A stretch of DNA of 64,000 bases from Candidatus Hermodarchaeum yapensis (GTDB taxonomy: Archaea > Asgardarchaeota > Hermodarchaeia > Hermodarchaeales > Hermodarchaeaceae). Shown here one piece after another: positions 38,452 to 48,071 of the stretch (within the stretch, counting starts at the first letter, position 1; the number at the start of each line of letters is the position of its first letter). The stretch covers positions 66,917 through 130,916 of the forward strand of contig JAEOSK010000003.1 of assembly GCA_016840405.1 (NCBI GenBank). The letters run 5' to 3'. The position numbers and the translations under genes are program-made. A model generated the notes under the pieces. It was not told where the DNA came from. It ran no database searches and worked only from the letters and a program-made list of their open reading frames with translations.

Positions 38452-39669
38452 TTAGAAGAAGATGTTCATACAGGCAATACCGCGTGCCACGGGATTGCTG
38501 AGCGGATGAGGGAGATTTTCGATGACATGAATGGTTAGGTCATGTACGAAAAATCGTCCTTTTTTCGTTACTTCTTCTCCATCAATATAACCAGCAAGTT
38601 TGAGGAGGTTTGCCACTACTTTAAGGCGTCGAGGGAGGGTTTTAAGAAAAGATTTTTTGAGTTTTAGATCATAGAGACGATGTGCAAACTCACGCCACGC
38701 ATTGAAGATATCACTAAATTCGATTCTATAGCCATAGGTTTGATTTTCATTCAAGCATAATATGTATTCATCAAGAAAAGGGTTTACAACTTGGACATTC
38801 TCTATCTTACTGAAAGCAGAGGGGCCAAAACCGAAATATTCAGCAGGATGTTCACCCGGAGCTTTTTGTGCGAGTTCTGGCGTGGAAAACACCCACACAT
38901 TTTCTCGTTCATACCCCATACCTGTTAAGATTTCAGCGGCGGTTTCAATCATTTCAAAGCAGTCATGAGAACTGACACCGGGCTTGGCACGTGCACCAGG
39001 CGCATTAGTAAATGGATAAGTTGTTATTTGGTCTAGACCGAGATCAGCTAACCGTGTAATGTCAAATAAAAAATCCCCACGGTGTTGCTTTGGCAATCCC
39101 ACCATGAGATCCGCGTTGACAGCTATCCCAAGATCGTGAGCATTTCTAATGATATCTCGAATCATCGGCACATCTGTTCTGTCACGTAGAACATTCTCAA
39201 GAACTTTCTTGGTTAAGGATTCAACGCCCATACTTATTCGCGTCACATCCAATCGATGGAGTGCCTTGAGATATTTTTCTGTAAAATAGGGGGGCTTACC
39301 TTCCAGTGTAATATCTTCGAGTTGTACATATTCTTTTAATTTCTGTAATATTTGACCAATCTCTTCTCCACTAAGAAGATTCGGGGTACCTCCTCCAAAA
39401 TATACCCATTCTATATCCCCTTCTAATTCTCTGAGGTCGATTTCACGGAATAAAGCTTTCAAGTACTCATCCTTTAGACCTGGTTCAAATAATACACGGT
39501 GAAAAGGACAAAAGGCGCAAAGGCGTTCACAAAAGGGAACGTGCACATAAAGCCCCACATGAAATGTAATTACATCCTTCCAATCAATGACACAATATTC
39601 ATAGTTGAGTTTTGAAAAACTCGATGCAACCATTCTTTTAGCAATTTTGGGAATCACCGTAGTATACAC
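38452..39669 (-). CDS. HemN/HemW-like radical SAM protein
   Basis: YVHVPFCERLCAFC, YFGGGTP and RISMGVES motifs. Confidence 0.85.
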   Translation of the reverse strand: MYTTVIPKIAKRMVASSFSKLNYEYCVIDWKDVITFHVGLYVHVPFCERLCAFCPFHRVLFEPGLKDEYLKALFREIDLRELEGDIEWVYFGGGTPNLLSGEEIGQILQKLKEYVQLEDITLEGKPPYFTEKYLKALHRLDVTRISMGVESLTKKVLENVLRDRTDVPMIRDIIRNAHDLGIAVNADLMVGLPKQHRGDFLFDITRLADLGLDQITTYPFTNAPGARAKPGVSSHDCFEMIETAAEILTGMGYERENVWVFSTPELAQKAPGEHPAEYFGFGPSAFSKIENVQVVNPFLDEYILCLNENQTYGYRIEFSDIFNAWREFAHRLYDLKLKKSFLKTLPRRLKVVANLLKLAGYIDGEEVTKKGRFFVHDLTIHVIENLPHPLSNPVARGIACMNIFF

Positions 39670-39749
39670 ACCTTTCCAAGCATAAACCCAAGAATGTGGG
39701 ATACATTCTGAGAAACTAACCGCTTAAAGAATAATTAGGAAAGTAAACG

Positions 39750-40226
39750 TTACCCGCCAGGGCCGCCATGCCATGGAACATCTTTCCAAGTAAGGTCCCA
39801 GAGGTCTTCTTCGGTCAGAGTTTCCTTCTCAATCACAAGCTCGTATAGACGTGTCAGAAGAAGATGATGGCGTTTCTCATCGTCTAGAATGTATTCGAGA
39901 ACCTGTTTTGAACCAGGATCATCGGTTTTCGGGATCAGTTCTGAATAGGTCTTAATGGCTTTAGCTTCCATTTCGATGTGTTCTTGAATATCCCTACCGA
40001 GTTCATCACGCTTCTTTTCTTCAATAAAAGGCGTTTTCGACTCGAGACGAGCTACGAGTGCGTTAAGCAGGAGAGCATGTTTATTTGAGTCAATAGCAAC
40101 GGCCTGAATCAAATATTTGACCAGCTGATTTTCGGTATCCTCGACACTTTTTTTGACCATACGTACAATCCTTTCTTCCAGGGCAATTTGTTCCTTATAG
40201 AATGCCTTGAGTTGATCCTTATCCAT
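39750..40226 (-). CDS. Ferritin/rubrerythrin-like four-helix diiron protein
   Basis: Duplicated E...D(S/E)xxH motifs (DSNKH, DEKRH); C-terminal WHGGPGG tail. Confidence 0.8.
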   Translation of the reverse strand: MDKDQLKAFYKEQIALEERIVRMVKKSVEDTENQLVKYLIQAVAIDSNKHALLLNALVARLESKTPFIEEKKRDELGRDIQEHIEMEAKAIKTYSELIPKTDDPGSKQVLEYILDDEKRHHLLLTRLYELVIEKETLTEEDLWDLTWKDVPWHGGPGG

Positions 40227-40360
40227 AGGCAGGTCACCGTCACCTCCTTCTGACGTGATGCCTTTTCTGTGTTGCCGTTTTTTCAAGTTCCTGGATTCTC
40301 AGTTATCCGAGGGGGTTAAGAGGTTTTTTACCCAAGTTAATGAGTATAGCGTGAGGAACC

Positions 40361-41191
40361 TTGCCCACAAATCTTCAAATCACCGAGGTTATGGCAAAAA
40401 GCATTCTCAATCTAAGCCGAATTAGCGGCGTAACATATGCCATCAACCCCTATGTAGGTTGTCAGCATGCCTGCGTCTATTGCTATGGTAGATTTATGAC
40501 CCGCTATACTGGTCATCAGGGTGAAGATTGGGGAAGCTTTGTTGATGTAAAAACGAATGCCCCCCGTGTTCTCCAACAACAACTAAGGCGTCGAAAAAAG
40601 ACCTCAAAAGACCCAGTCTTATTCTCTAGCGTAACTGATGCGTATCAACCCCTCGAACGCCGGTATGAACTGACACGAAACTGTATCGAATTGCTGACTA
40701 GGCACGAGTTCCCCATTACAATTCTCACAAAATCAGATTTAGTCTTACGCGATGCAGATCTCTTGGGAAAATCAACTAAAAATGAAGTAGGGATGACAAT
40801 AATATCCCTGAACGAAAAGGTGCGTCGCGTCTTTGAAGCGGGGGCGCCCCCCAGTAATCGTCGTCTAAAGGCATTAGCTGAACTGAATTCACAAGGACTT
40901 TGCACCTACGCCTTTGTAGGTCCGATAATACCGCTTTTGAGTACTCCAGATCTCGAAGACTTGATTCGCCAACTTGGAGATTGTGGAGTGGCTTACGTGC
41001 TCTTTGACCGTCTGAACGTAAAATATGGGAATCGTCCAATAATTAAGAAGGCACTCGAGAATCAGTTTCCGAGTCAAGCAAAAGCAATTCTTGAAGCACT
41101 TCGACCGGGTAGCCCATATTATGAAAATGTCCGAACAAAAATTATAGACCTTTCAGTGCAGTATGGCGTGGAGGCAGATATCATTTTTTAA
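40361..41191 (+). CDS. Spore-photoproduct-lyase-like radical SAM protein
   Basis: INPYVGCQHACVYCY, SSVTDAYQPLE and LTKS motifs. Confidence 0.88.
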   Translation: MPTNLQITEVMAKSILNLSRISGVTYAINPYVGCQHACVYCYGRFMTRYTGHQGEDWGSFVDVKTNAPRVLQQQLRRRKKTSKDPVLFSSVTDAYQPLERRYELTRNCIELLTRHEFPITILTKSDLVLRDADLLGKSTKNEVGMTIISLNEKVRRVFEAGAPPSNRRLKALAELNSQGLCTYAFVGPIIPLLSTPDLEDLIRQLGDCGVAYVLFDRLNVKYGNRPIIKKALENQFPSQAKAILEALRPGSPYYENVRTKIIDLSVQYGVEADIIF

Positions 41192-41197
41192 AAGTGT

Positions 41198-41458
41198 CTA
41201 CTCTTCAGTGGGTTGTGTAACTCCAGGAGCCCACCATAACCAAGTCTTTCGCTTGATGCTAAGTTTCCCATGAATTTTACCTTCCAGGCGGAGTTGGTTC
41301 AGTAAACGACTGGGAGAGTCTGGACAGCCGATTTCGTGAAACAGTTTTGTAACCTCATAAGTCGTCATTGGTCGATTGGCGTCGCTGAGGATCATCTCAA
41401 CAGCCAACTCGGATTGCGATTCCTTGCGTTTCGGCTTGGCTGAAGGCTCTTGGGTCAC
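41198..41458 (-). CDS. Small winged-helix protein
   Basis: RPMTTYEV...LNQLRLEGKI...WLWW pattern. Confidence 0.6.
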   Translation of the reverse strand: MTQEPSAKPKRKESQSELAVEMILSDANRPMTTYEVTKLFHEIGCPDSPSRLLNQLRLEGKIHGKLSIKRKTWLWWAPGVTQPTEE

Positions 41459-41554
41459 AATTACTTTCTCCAGATAGTGTTTTTGACAGTAAAAAGAAGG
41501 AGGTTCGGGGACATAAAAATCCCCGTCTTGCGATTATTAATTACACATAGAAAC

Positions 41555-42040
41555 TTAGATTGTCTTAAGGTCGCCTTCCAGCATATCACGCGTATCTTTG
41601 TCTTCGACTTCTGCAGTAGCCTTTTTTGCGAGGTCAAGGTGTTTGGCTTTGTTCTTTTCATCACCAGCAACCGCATAACCACGAGCGATAGCTTCGTAGG
41701 CGTAGGCAAGATCCCAGCCTTTGATGCCTTCTTTTTTACAAATATCTAGGTAGGTTTTTCCGTAGTAGACGGCACGGTGACCGTCACCAATGATAGCATA
41801 GACGCGGGAGAGTTGCCAGTCACCACGTCCGAGATTAATTGGGCTCGCATCCCAGTTGTTCTCAACTCGAACACCCCAGTGATAACGTGAAGCGTGAGAA
41901 AGGTTGACCATTGTATCGTCTTCTTCTTTGGTCCGTTTTTCCTTGTCTAAATAAGTCCAGGTAGCGTTGAAAAGGTCGACCGCCTGTTTTCTATGCCATT
42001 TTTCTAATGTGAGTTTCTCTTCTTTGGGCATATGAACCAC
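41555..42040 (-). CDS. Conserved helical (TPR-like) hypothetical protein
   Basis: HRKQAVDLFN..W, HASRYHW, W.LSRVYA and AYAYEAIAR motifs. Confidence 0.7.
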   Translation of the reverse strand: MVHMPKEEKLTLEKWHRKQAVDLFNATWTYLDKEKRTKEEDDTMVNLSHASRYHWGVRVENNWDASPINLGRGDWQLSRVYAIIGDGHRAVYYGKTYLDICKKEGIKGWDLAYAYEAIARGYAVAGDEKNKAKHLDLAKKATAEVEDKDTRDMLEGDLKTI

Positions 42041-42319
42041 CCCTTGTGACAGTCAATCTTTTAGGCGAACTTAAAAATGAATGGGTCTTTCCACTGGGTT
42101 TCAACTAAAAAAAGCCCAAAAGATCTGCACGGTTCTAACGTCGTCTCCTGCCATTATTTGCGAATATTCCAATGGAAATTAAGGTTTCTCCATTTAGACG
42201 AAGCACTTATTCTTGACTAGTAAGAGAATAACACAGAAAACACAACTCTACCTGAAATATTCAATTGGAGACATCAAAGAGAGTTCCATCAACTGGCGAA
42301 ATTGGAGAAAGCGAAAACA

Positions 42320-43087
42320 ATGATTAAAGCAATCTTCATTGTCCTAAACGGAGCCTATGCCTTTTCACGCCAGTATACAGAACAAATCGACCCCCACATG
42401 CTATCAGGCTTACTCACAGCATTCCGAGTATCGTCTAAGGAATTCGCCACTGGCGATTTCCGCCAAGCCAAATTCGAAGGTTCCGAAGTGCTCGTTGATG
42501 GATTGACTGAACGACCAAATGACTTTGTGGCCATCTTCGCCACCCCCGATGAGCGAGCAACAGATCTTACGAATCTCATGGCACTCATTAAAACCACTTT
42601 TATTGAGCTCTATGGCGAACGCCTTCATACTTGGAATTCCTTAGATGGCCCATTCTCGGATTTTGAACCCCAGATAGATCAGATAATCGCAGGATGCATT
42701 TGGTGCGATACGGAAAAACTGATGGCCCCTCCGAAGGTGACCTTCACAGCAGACTTGATCCCTGCAAAAGAAACCGTGTTCCGTGGCAATACTGTCAATG
42801 TCAAATACTACATTCATAATAGTAGCAGCCACCCAATCAAATTAACAGCAATCGTCAATGCCATTCCCCACCTCTTTGACCTTGATGGTTTAACTCGTAC
42901 CGTAATTATTCGAGATACTGCGTTCCTCCGTAACTGGGAATTAAAACCCGAAGAAGAATACGACCTCATCCTCCCTATCAAAGCCCGCCGAATCGGACAC
43001 ACAAGTATCGCACCGATTCTCTTTGTTATACAAAACGGGCAGGTGTTTACCATTCTTGGTGAAAGCCATGAGATGGATATCATCTAA
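42320..43087 (+). CDS. Longin-like domain fused to an Ig-like beta-sandwich (Asgard ESP-like)
   Basis: IKAIFIV..G...DPHMLSGLLTAF...F.ELY...W....F..FEPQIDQII, followed by a beta-sandwich. Confidence 0.65.
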   Translation: MIKAIFIVLNGAYAFSRQYTEQIDPHMLSGLLTAFRVSSKEFATGDFRQAKFEGSEVLVDGLTERPNDFVAIFATPDERATDLTNLMALIKTTFIELYGERLHTWNSLDGPFSDFEPQIDQIIAGCIWCDTEKLMAPPKVTFTADLIPAKETVFRGNTVNVKYYIHNSSSHPIKLTAIVNAIPHLFDLDGLTRTVIIRDTAFLRNWELKPEEEYDLILPIKARRIGHTSIAPILFVIQNGQVFTILGESHEMDII

Positions 43088-43143
43088 TGTGTGAACCTTG
43101 AACGACACCCACCTTTTAGGCTTGAATCGCATAATGAAACAGC

Positions 43144-43326
43144 ATGCTCCAACCCTTACTTCAGTTGATAGCTACGTTCTTGTTAATTGGAGTGGGTGGA
43201 GTGTTCTTGTTGCTCCTGATTCGAATTCGCTATCCGTTATGTGGAATGCTAATCGGAGTTTTTAACCCCTATGTGTGGGTGGGGGCGTGGGTACTAAAAT
43301 GGTTACTCAGGCAAATTGGACGTTAA
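43144..43326 (+). CDS. Small membrane protein
   Basis: 60-aa ORF with two hydrophobic segments filling the intergenic gap. Confidence 0.45.
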   Translation: MLQPLLQLIATFLLIGVGGVFLLLLIRIRYPLCGMLIGVFNPYVWVGAWVLKWLLRQIGR

Positions 43327-43342
43327 TTCCGCTTTTGATCGA

Positions 43343-44719
43343 CTAGTAGTCCTTAATGAGCTCAATCATGTGGACCGAACAAGAAATACATGGATCGTAT
43401 GCCCGAATAAGCGGTTCGATTTTTGCTAGGGCATTTAAACTTTCAGGGCGTGGTTTCAACAGGTCAGGGAGGAGTTCTTGAGCCTTGGCTTGGACGGCGT
43501 GCTCAATGGTGCGGACGTTTTGGCCTGTGGCAATCACGCAGTTGACTTTGGTGATGATGCCATCTTCGTTGGTCCAGTAGTTGTGGAAGAGGGTGCCACG
43601 GGGGGCTTCGACGACGCCGACGCCTTCGCCCGCGCGGGGTTCGACGGGGATGCGGTGGTTGTCTTCTTGGAGGCTGGAGTCTTCGATGAGGGTGATGGCT
43701 TGTTCGACCGTACTTAGTAGTTCTATGGATCTGGCAAGGTTATAGGCTATAGGATCATGGATTGGTCGCGTACCGAAGAATTCGAAGAGTTCGTCTGCAA
43801 AGCCTTGGGCTTCTTCGCTGGCTATTTTCCTTGCGACATTTAGTCTTGCTAGGGGTCCAACGCGGTAATTGCCCTTTTCAGGACCCTGTTCTTTGATGAA
43901 AGGGTATTTGACAGTGGTGTAGGGCATGGCATTCTCTGCGATGTATTGTGCGTAGTCGGCTGGTTTGAAGTCATGTAATGTTTTACCTGTTGGAGTGATG
44001 AATCGTAGAGTGCCTTCATAGATGTCGTGGACATCTTTGTTATGTAAGGCCAAGTAATGGGTGGGATCGCTTAGATAGTAGCCAACCCTACCAATATCTT
44101 TCTGTTTGGCAAGTTTGAAATAGAGTTTGGCAATAGCTCGAGCTGTGGTAAGAGCCTTAGGTGCCTGTTTGGCAAGTTTTGTACGCTCTTCTTCTAGAAG
44201 AGGACCTGCCATGCCTCCAGGGACGGCTGTACATGGATGTATCATCCGTCCACCGACAGCTTTGATAATGTTTTGTCCAAACATGCGAAGTTCAATGCCT
44301 TTCTTGGCTAAGGTAGGATCCTTGGCTGCGACGGCAAGAACGTTTGGAGTTTCAGGTGTGAGAAAATCGGGAAGTGCAAGATAAACTTGGCTAAGAGTGT
44401 GACTATGAATGAATTCACCAAAGTTTTCAAGATGACGCAGCTTCACCGCTTGTTCTGGTGGAGTGACACCCCATGCAGCTTCAACTGCTTTAACCGATCC
44501 AAGATGATGGGCGACTGAACAGATACCACAGATGCGTTCCGAAAGTTGTGGAGCTTCCTCTGCGGGGATGCCTTCCATGAATCGCTCGAATAGGCGTGGA
44601 GATTCAATGATGTGGAAGTGACATTTATTGAGTTTTCCTCCTGTCACGTCCAGACTAATTTTGGCATGACCTTCAAGGCGAGTCATGGGTTCAAATTCGA
44701 TATGTTTTGGATTGCTCAT
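43343..44719 (-). CDS. mvhA: [NiFe] hydrogenase large subunit, group 3c
   Basis: TRLEGH, L1 RICGICSVAH, L2 DPCISCSVH; operonic with mvhD and mvhG. Confidence 0.92.
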   Translation of the reverse strand: MSNPKHIEFEPMTRLEGHAKISLDVTGGKLNKCHFHIIESPRLFERFMEGIPAEEAPQLSERICGICSVAHHLGSVKAVEAAWGVTPPEQAVKLRHLENFGEFIHSHTLSQVYLALPDFLTPETPNVLAVAAKDPTLAKKGIELRMFGQNIIKAVGGRMIHPCTAVPGGMAGPLLEEERTKLAKQAPKALTTARAIAKLYFKLAKQKDIGRVGYYLSDPTHYLALHNKDVHDIYEGTLRFITPTGKTLHDFKPADYAQYIAENAMPYTTVKYPFIKEQGPEKGNYRVGPLARLNVARKIASEEAQGFADELFEFFGTRPIHDPIAYNLARSIELLSTVEQAITLIEDSSLQEDNHRIPVEPRAGEGVGVVEAPRGTLFHNYWTNEDGIITKVNCVIATGQNVRTIEHAVQAKAQELLPDLLKPRPESLNALAKIEPLIRAYDPCISCSVHMIELIKDY

Positions 44720-45597
44720 TTCTTTTTCAATCCCTTTCGTAAGTTATCAAGTTTAGAGGAGGCGTAGGTGTAACGGGCAAAGGTTCCAGCTAGTCGAGAT
44801 AATTTGAAATTAGTTATTTCGTCTTTTTCCATGGCTGCTAAGGCATCGAGCATGACAATGCCTTGATCCCAGACTGTTTCAGAGGGACCTCGGCAGCCAG
44901 TGCAGGGCATTAGGCGTCGAGTACATTCAGCACCGCAACCGGCACGTGTGGCAGGACCCATACAGAGAAACCCTTGTGAAAGGAGGCAAATACCTTGCTC
45001 AGGAATTTCATGTATGCGACGGAGTTGTTTGGGAGGTTCGGTTAATCGTTCGAGAGGGCATTCATCGCAGATGCTCTTGGATGAGAGTTTCGGTGTCTCT
45101 CCTGCTAGAAGTGTTGTAATAATTTGGGCTATTTCGTCAGGGTGGGGCGGACAGCCTGGTATAATGAAATCGACTTTGACTACGTCACTGAGTCGGAGGT
45201 TTTCGGGGAGGATTTGTGGTACGTGTTCTGAGGGCACTTGTTTTTGAGCCATTAAGAGGGTTTTGTGGTAGACATATTCTACACCTTCTTGAGCATCGAA
45301 GGTGTTGGCGAGTCCGTTCACTCCGCCATGGGCTGAGCAGGCGCCAAAGGCGATCACGAATTTCGCCTGTTTGCGCATGGCTTTTGCCATTTCCTTATCA
45401 TGGTTGGTGCGAATACTACCTTCAATAAGTGCAACGTCGATATTAGGGGGGATTGGATTCTTTGCATCGACGATGGGATAAGAGTAAACCAGCTCGACGT
45501 CTTTGAGGAGATTGAGGAGTTCTACACCAGTGTCGAGGAGAGCGATGTGGCAACCACTACACCCCGCCATGCCCATGGTTGCAATTCGAACAGTCAT
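44716..45597 (-). CDS. mvhG: [NiFe] hydrogenase small subunit
   Basis: GCSGC, GAC, PGCPP, CDEC, CMGP and CTGC motifs. Confidence 0.92.
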   Translation of the reverse strand: MTVRIATMGMAGCSGCHIALLDTGVELLNLLKDVELVYSYPIVDAKNPIPPNIDVALIEGSIRTNHDKEMAKAMRKQAKFVIAFGACSAHGGVNGLANTFDAQEGVEYVYHKTLLMAQKQVPSEHVPQILPENLRLSDVVKVDFIIPGCPPHPDEIAQIITTLLAGETPKLSSKSICDECPLERLTEPPKQLRRIHEIPEQGICLLSQGFLCMGPATRAGCGAECTRRLMPCTGCRGPSETVWDQGIVMLDALAAMEKDEITNFKLSRLAGTFARYTYASSKLDNLRKGLKKK

Positions 45598-46082
45598 TCA
45601 GACTTCACCCCGGTTTTGACTCGCTTTAGTGGATTAGGTCCTAATTTCAAAATCTGATCATAAAACGATGATGCAGTTTCCACCCATTTGCTGGCCATAC
45701 CAGCACTCATTAATTCAAAGACTAGTCGTCCACCGAGACCGATGGCTTCGAGTTCTTTGGCTAGTTTCTGCATTCGCTTTTCAGCATAGATATTACCGCT
45801 CACAAAGTGACATTGGTCTTTAAGGCAACCGGTAATCATGACTCCATCTGCTCCTTCTTTGAAGGCACGGAGAACATGAAGGGGGTCAACGCGGCCAGAA
45901 CAAGGCACCCGGATAATTTCTACATTGATAGGGTAAGACATTTTGCTTGTACCAGCAAGATCTGCTGCTCCGTAAGAGCAATAATGACAGCAAAAACTGA
46001 CTATCCGTGGTTTAAAGGTCAGCAGCGATTTAGCAAGTGCTTTTGCAGGTTTCGTTTTGGGTTTTGATTTGACCTTACTCAT
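45594..46082 (-). CDS. mvhD: Hydrogenase [2Fe-2S] delta subunit
   Basis: FCCHYCSYGAADLAG, PCSGRV and GC...CH motifs. Confidence 0.93.
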   Translation of the reverse strand: MSKVKSKPKTKPAKALAKSLLTFKPRIVSFCCHYCSYGAADLAGTSKMSYPINVEIIRVPCSGRVDPLHVLRAFKEGADGVMITGCLKDQCHFVSGNIYAEKRMQKLAKELEAIGLGGRLVFELMSAGMASKWVETASSFYDQILKLGPNPLKRVKTGVKSE

Positions 46083-48067
46083 TTTTTGGATGCCCCCACA
46101 TTGGCGAGCAAACCTTCAATCTGATAGAAAATCTGTTTGTCACGATAGTGCCGTAATTGAATAGCTTCTGCAGGGCATTCGACAACACAGATGCCACAAC
46201 CCTTGCAGGCGACTTCGATGACTTTAGCTACGCCCCCTTCCATGTAGATGGCGCTATACGGACATACAGCGTAGCAGTTGGCGCAGCCAATACATAGTGA
46301 TTCATCGACAATAGATTTCGCAAGATCAACTTCGACTTCTCCTTTACTCATAGGGATTGCGGCATGGGAAGCTGCTGCGGCACCCATAAAGGAAGCTTCC
46401 GCAATATCTCGAGGACTACTACAGGCACCAGCAAGATAGATTCCATCAGTTGTTGTGTCAACAGGAGCAAGTTTCAGATGATATTCTCGGAAGAACCCAT
46501 CTAAATCAACTTCTAAGTTTAGGGTGCGAGCTAATTCCTTCGCGCCCTTTGCAGGAATCATTGCAGCGGATAAAACTAGCAAATCTACTGGGAAACTTTC
46601 TTTCGTTCCATTATGGTGGTCGACTGTTAATTTTAGACTCTTTCCGCTATCTTCTTCAACTTCAGCGATGTCAGCACGATAGAATTTCACACCTAATCGT
46701 TGAGCGTCGAGATAGTAGCGTTCATACTCTTTGCCTTGTAATCGGATGTCCTTATAGAAAATCGTAACCTCCGTTTCAGGCCAATGTTCTTTGATATAGA
46801 CAGCATGTTTCATAGCAACTTGACAGCAGACACGGGAGCAGTGGGAGTAGTAATTCGGGTCCCGACTCCCTACACACTGAATCATCCCGACCCGTTTCGG
46901 AAGTTTCCTATCTGAGATGCGCAATAGTTGACCATCTGTTGGGCTCATTGGATCTAGAATCCGAGCAAGCATAAGTTGCGTAATTACATTCGGATACTCG
47001 CCATATCCGTACAAACCTTCCGGTTTAAAGACATCAAAGCCCGTTGCAACAATTACAGTGCCAACAGTGATGTCGGCTTCTTTGAATTTTTCATCAAGAT
47101 TAATCGCGTTGACAGGACAGGCGTGTTCACATTTGCCACATTTCGTACATGAATCAAAATCGATAACTGGTGCACGTGGAACAGCTTGGGGAAAAGGGTA
47201 ATAGACGGCCTTACGATTTGCTAGGCCGAAATCATGTTCGTTTGGCACTTCAACTGGACACACTTCCATGCATTTACCACATAGTGTACAGGTTTCGATA
47301 TCGACCCCCCGAGGCTGGCTATGGAGCCGAGCTTGGAAGTTACCAATATAGCCACTGAATTGTTTTACTTCCGTTTGCGTATACACATGAATTTTAGGAT
47401 CATTAAGAATAACCCGTTTTGACAAACATTTGCGAGCCATTTCACCGTGGCGTGGGGGCACACAAACGCCACAAGTATCAGTCATAAAAACAAAGCCTAA
47501 TTGAGCAGATTTCCCACCAAGCGCAGGGCTCCGTTCTACAAGGTGAACTTCATATCCATTATCCGCTAGAAGTGTTGTAGCTGCAATCCCCGCAATCCCT
47601 GCCCCAATAACCATACATACCGGAGGCACCTTTTGAGTCGTAGCGCCAATCGACTCAAGCCGTGCGGCACGATACACTCCTGCACGAACAAGATCTTTCG
47701 CTTTTTCAGTCGCTTCAGCATACTCATCTTTTTGTTTCATATGAGCCCAAGAGACTTGTTCCCGGATATTCACCATTTCAAAATAAAATGGGTTAATTCC
47801 AGCCTCCATCACGGTTCGGCGGAATGTGGGTTCATGTAATTTAGGGCTACAAGAAGCAACAATTACGCGACTAAGTTTATGTTTCTTGATATGTCTCTTG
47901 ATGATGTTTTGGCCTTCTTCTGAACATGTGAATATTTGCCATCCAGCATAGACCACGTTGGGTAAGCTTTTTGCATATTCAGCTACTTCAGGGACATCAA
48001 CTACCTTAGCAATATTGGTGCCACATTTACACACAAACACCCCAATGCGTGGATCTTCATTAGTCAT
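46079..48067 (-). CDS. hdrA: Heterodisulfide reductase subunit A (FAD, Fe-S)
   Basis: RIGVFVCKCG, CSPKLHE, NIREQ, GAGIAG, QCVGSRD...CSRVCC and ferredoxin inserts. Confidence 0.92.
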   Translation of the reverse strand: MTNEDPRIGVFVCKCGTNIAKVVDVPEVAEYAKSLPNVVYAGWQIFTCSEEGQNIIKRHIKKHKLSRVIVASCSPKLHEPTFRRTVMEAGINPFYFEMVNIREQVSWAHMKQKDEYAEATEKAKDLVRAGVYRAARLESIGATTQKVPPVCMVIGAGIAGIAATTLLADNGYEVHLVERSPALGGKSAQLGFVFMTDTCGVCVPPRHGEMARKCLSKRVILNDPKIHVYTQTEVKQFSGYIGNFQARLHSQPRGVDIETCTLCGKCMEVCPVEVPNEHDFGLANRKAVYYPFPQAVPRAPVIDFDSCTKCGKCEHACPVNAINLDEKFKEADITVGTVIVATGFDVFKPEGLYGYGEYPNVITQLMLARILDPMSPTDGQLLRISDRKLPKRVGMIQCVGSRDPNYYSHCSRVCCQVAMKHAVYIKEHWPETEVTIFYKDIRLQGKEYERYYLDAQRLGVKFYRADIAEVEEDSGKSLKLTVDHHNGTKESFPVDLLVLSAAMIPAKGAKELARTLNLEVDLDGFFREYHLKLAPVDTTTDGIYLAGACSSPRDIAEASFMGAAAASHAAIPMSKGEVEVDLAKSIVDESLCIGCANCYAVCPYSAIYMEGGVAKVIEVACKGCGICVVECPAEAIQLRHYRDKQIFYQIEGLLANVGASKK

Positions 48068-48071
48068 TTTT

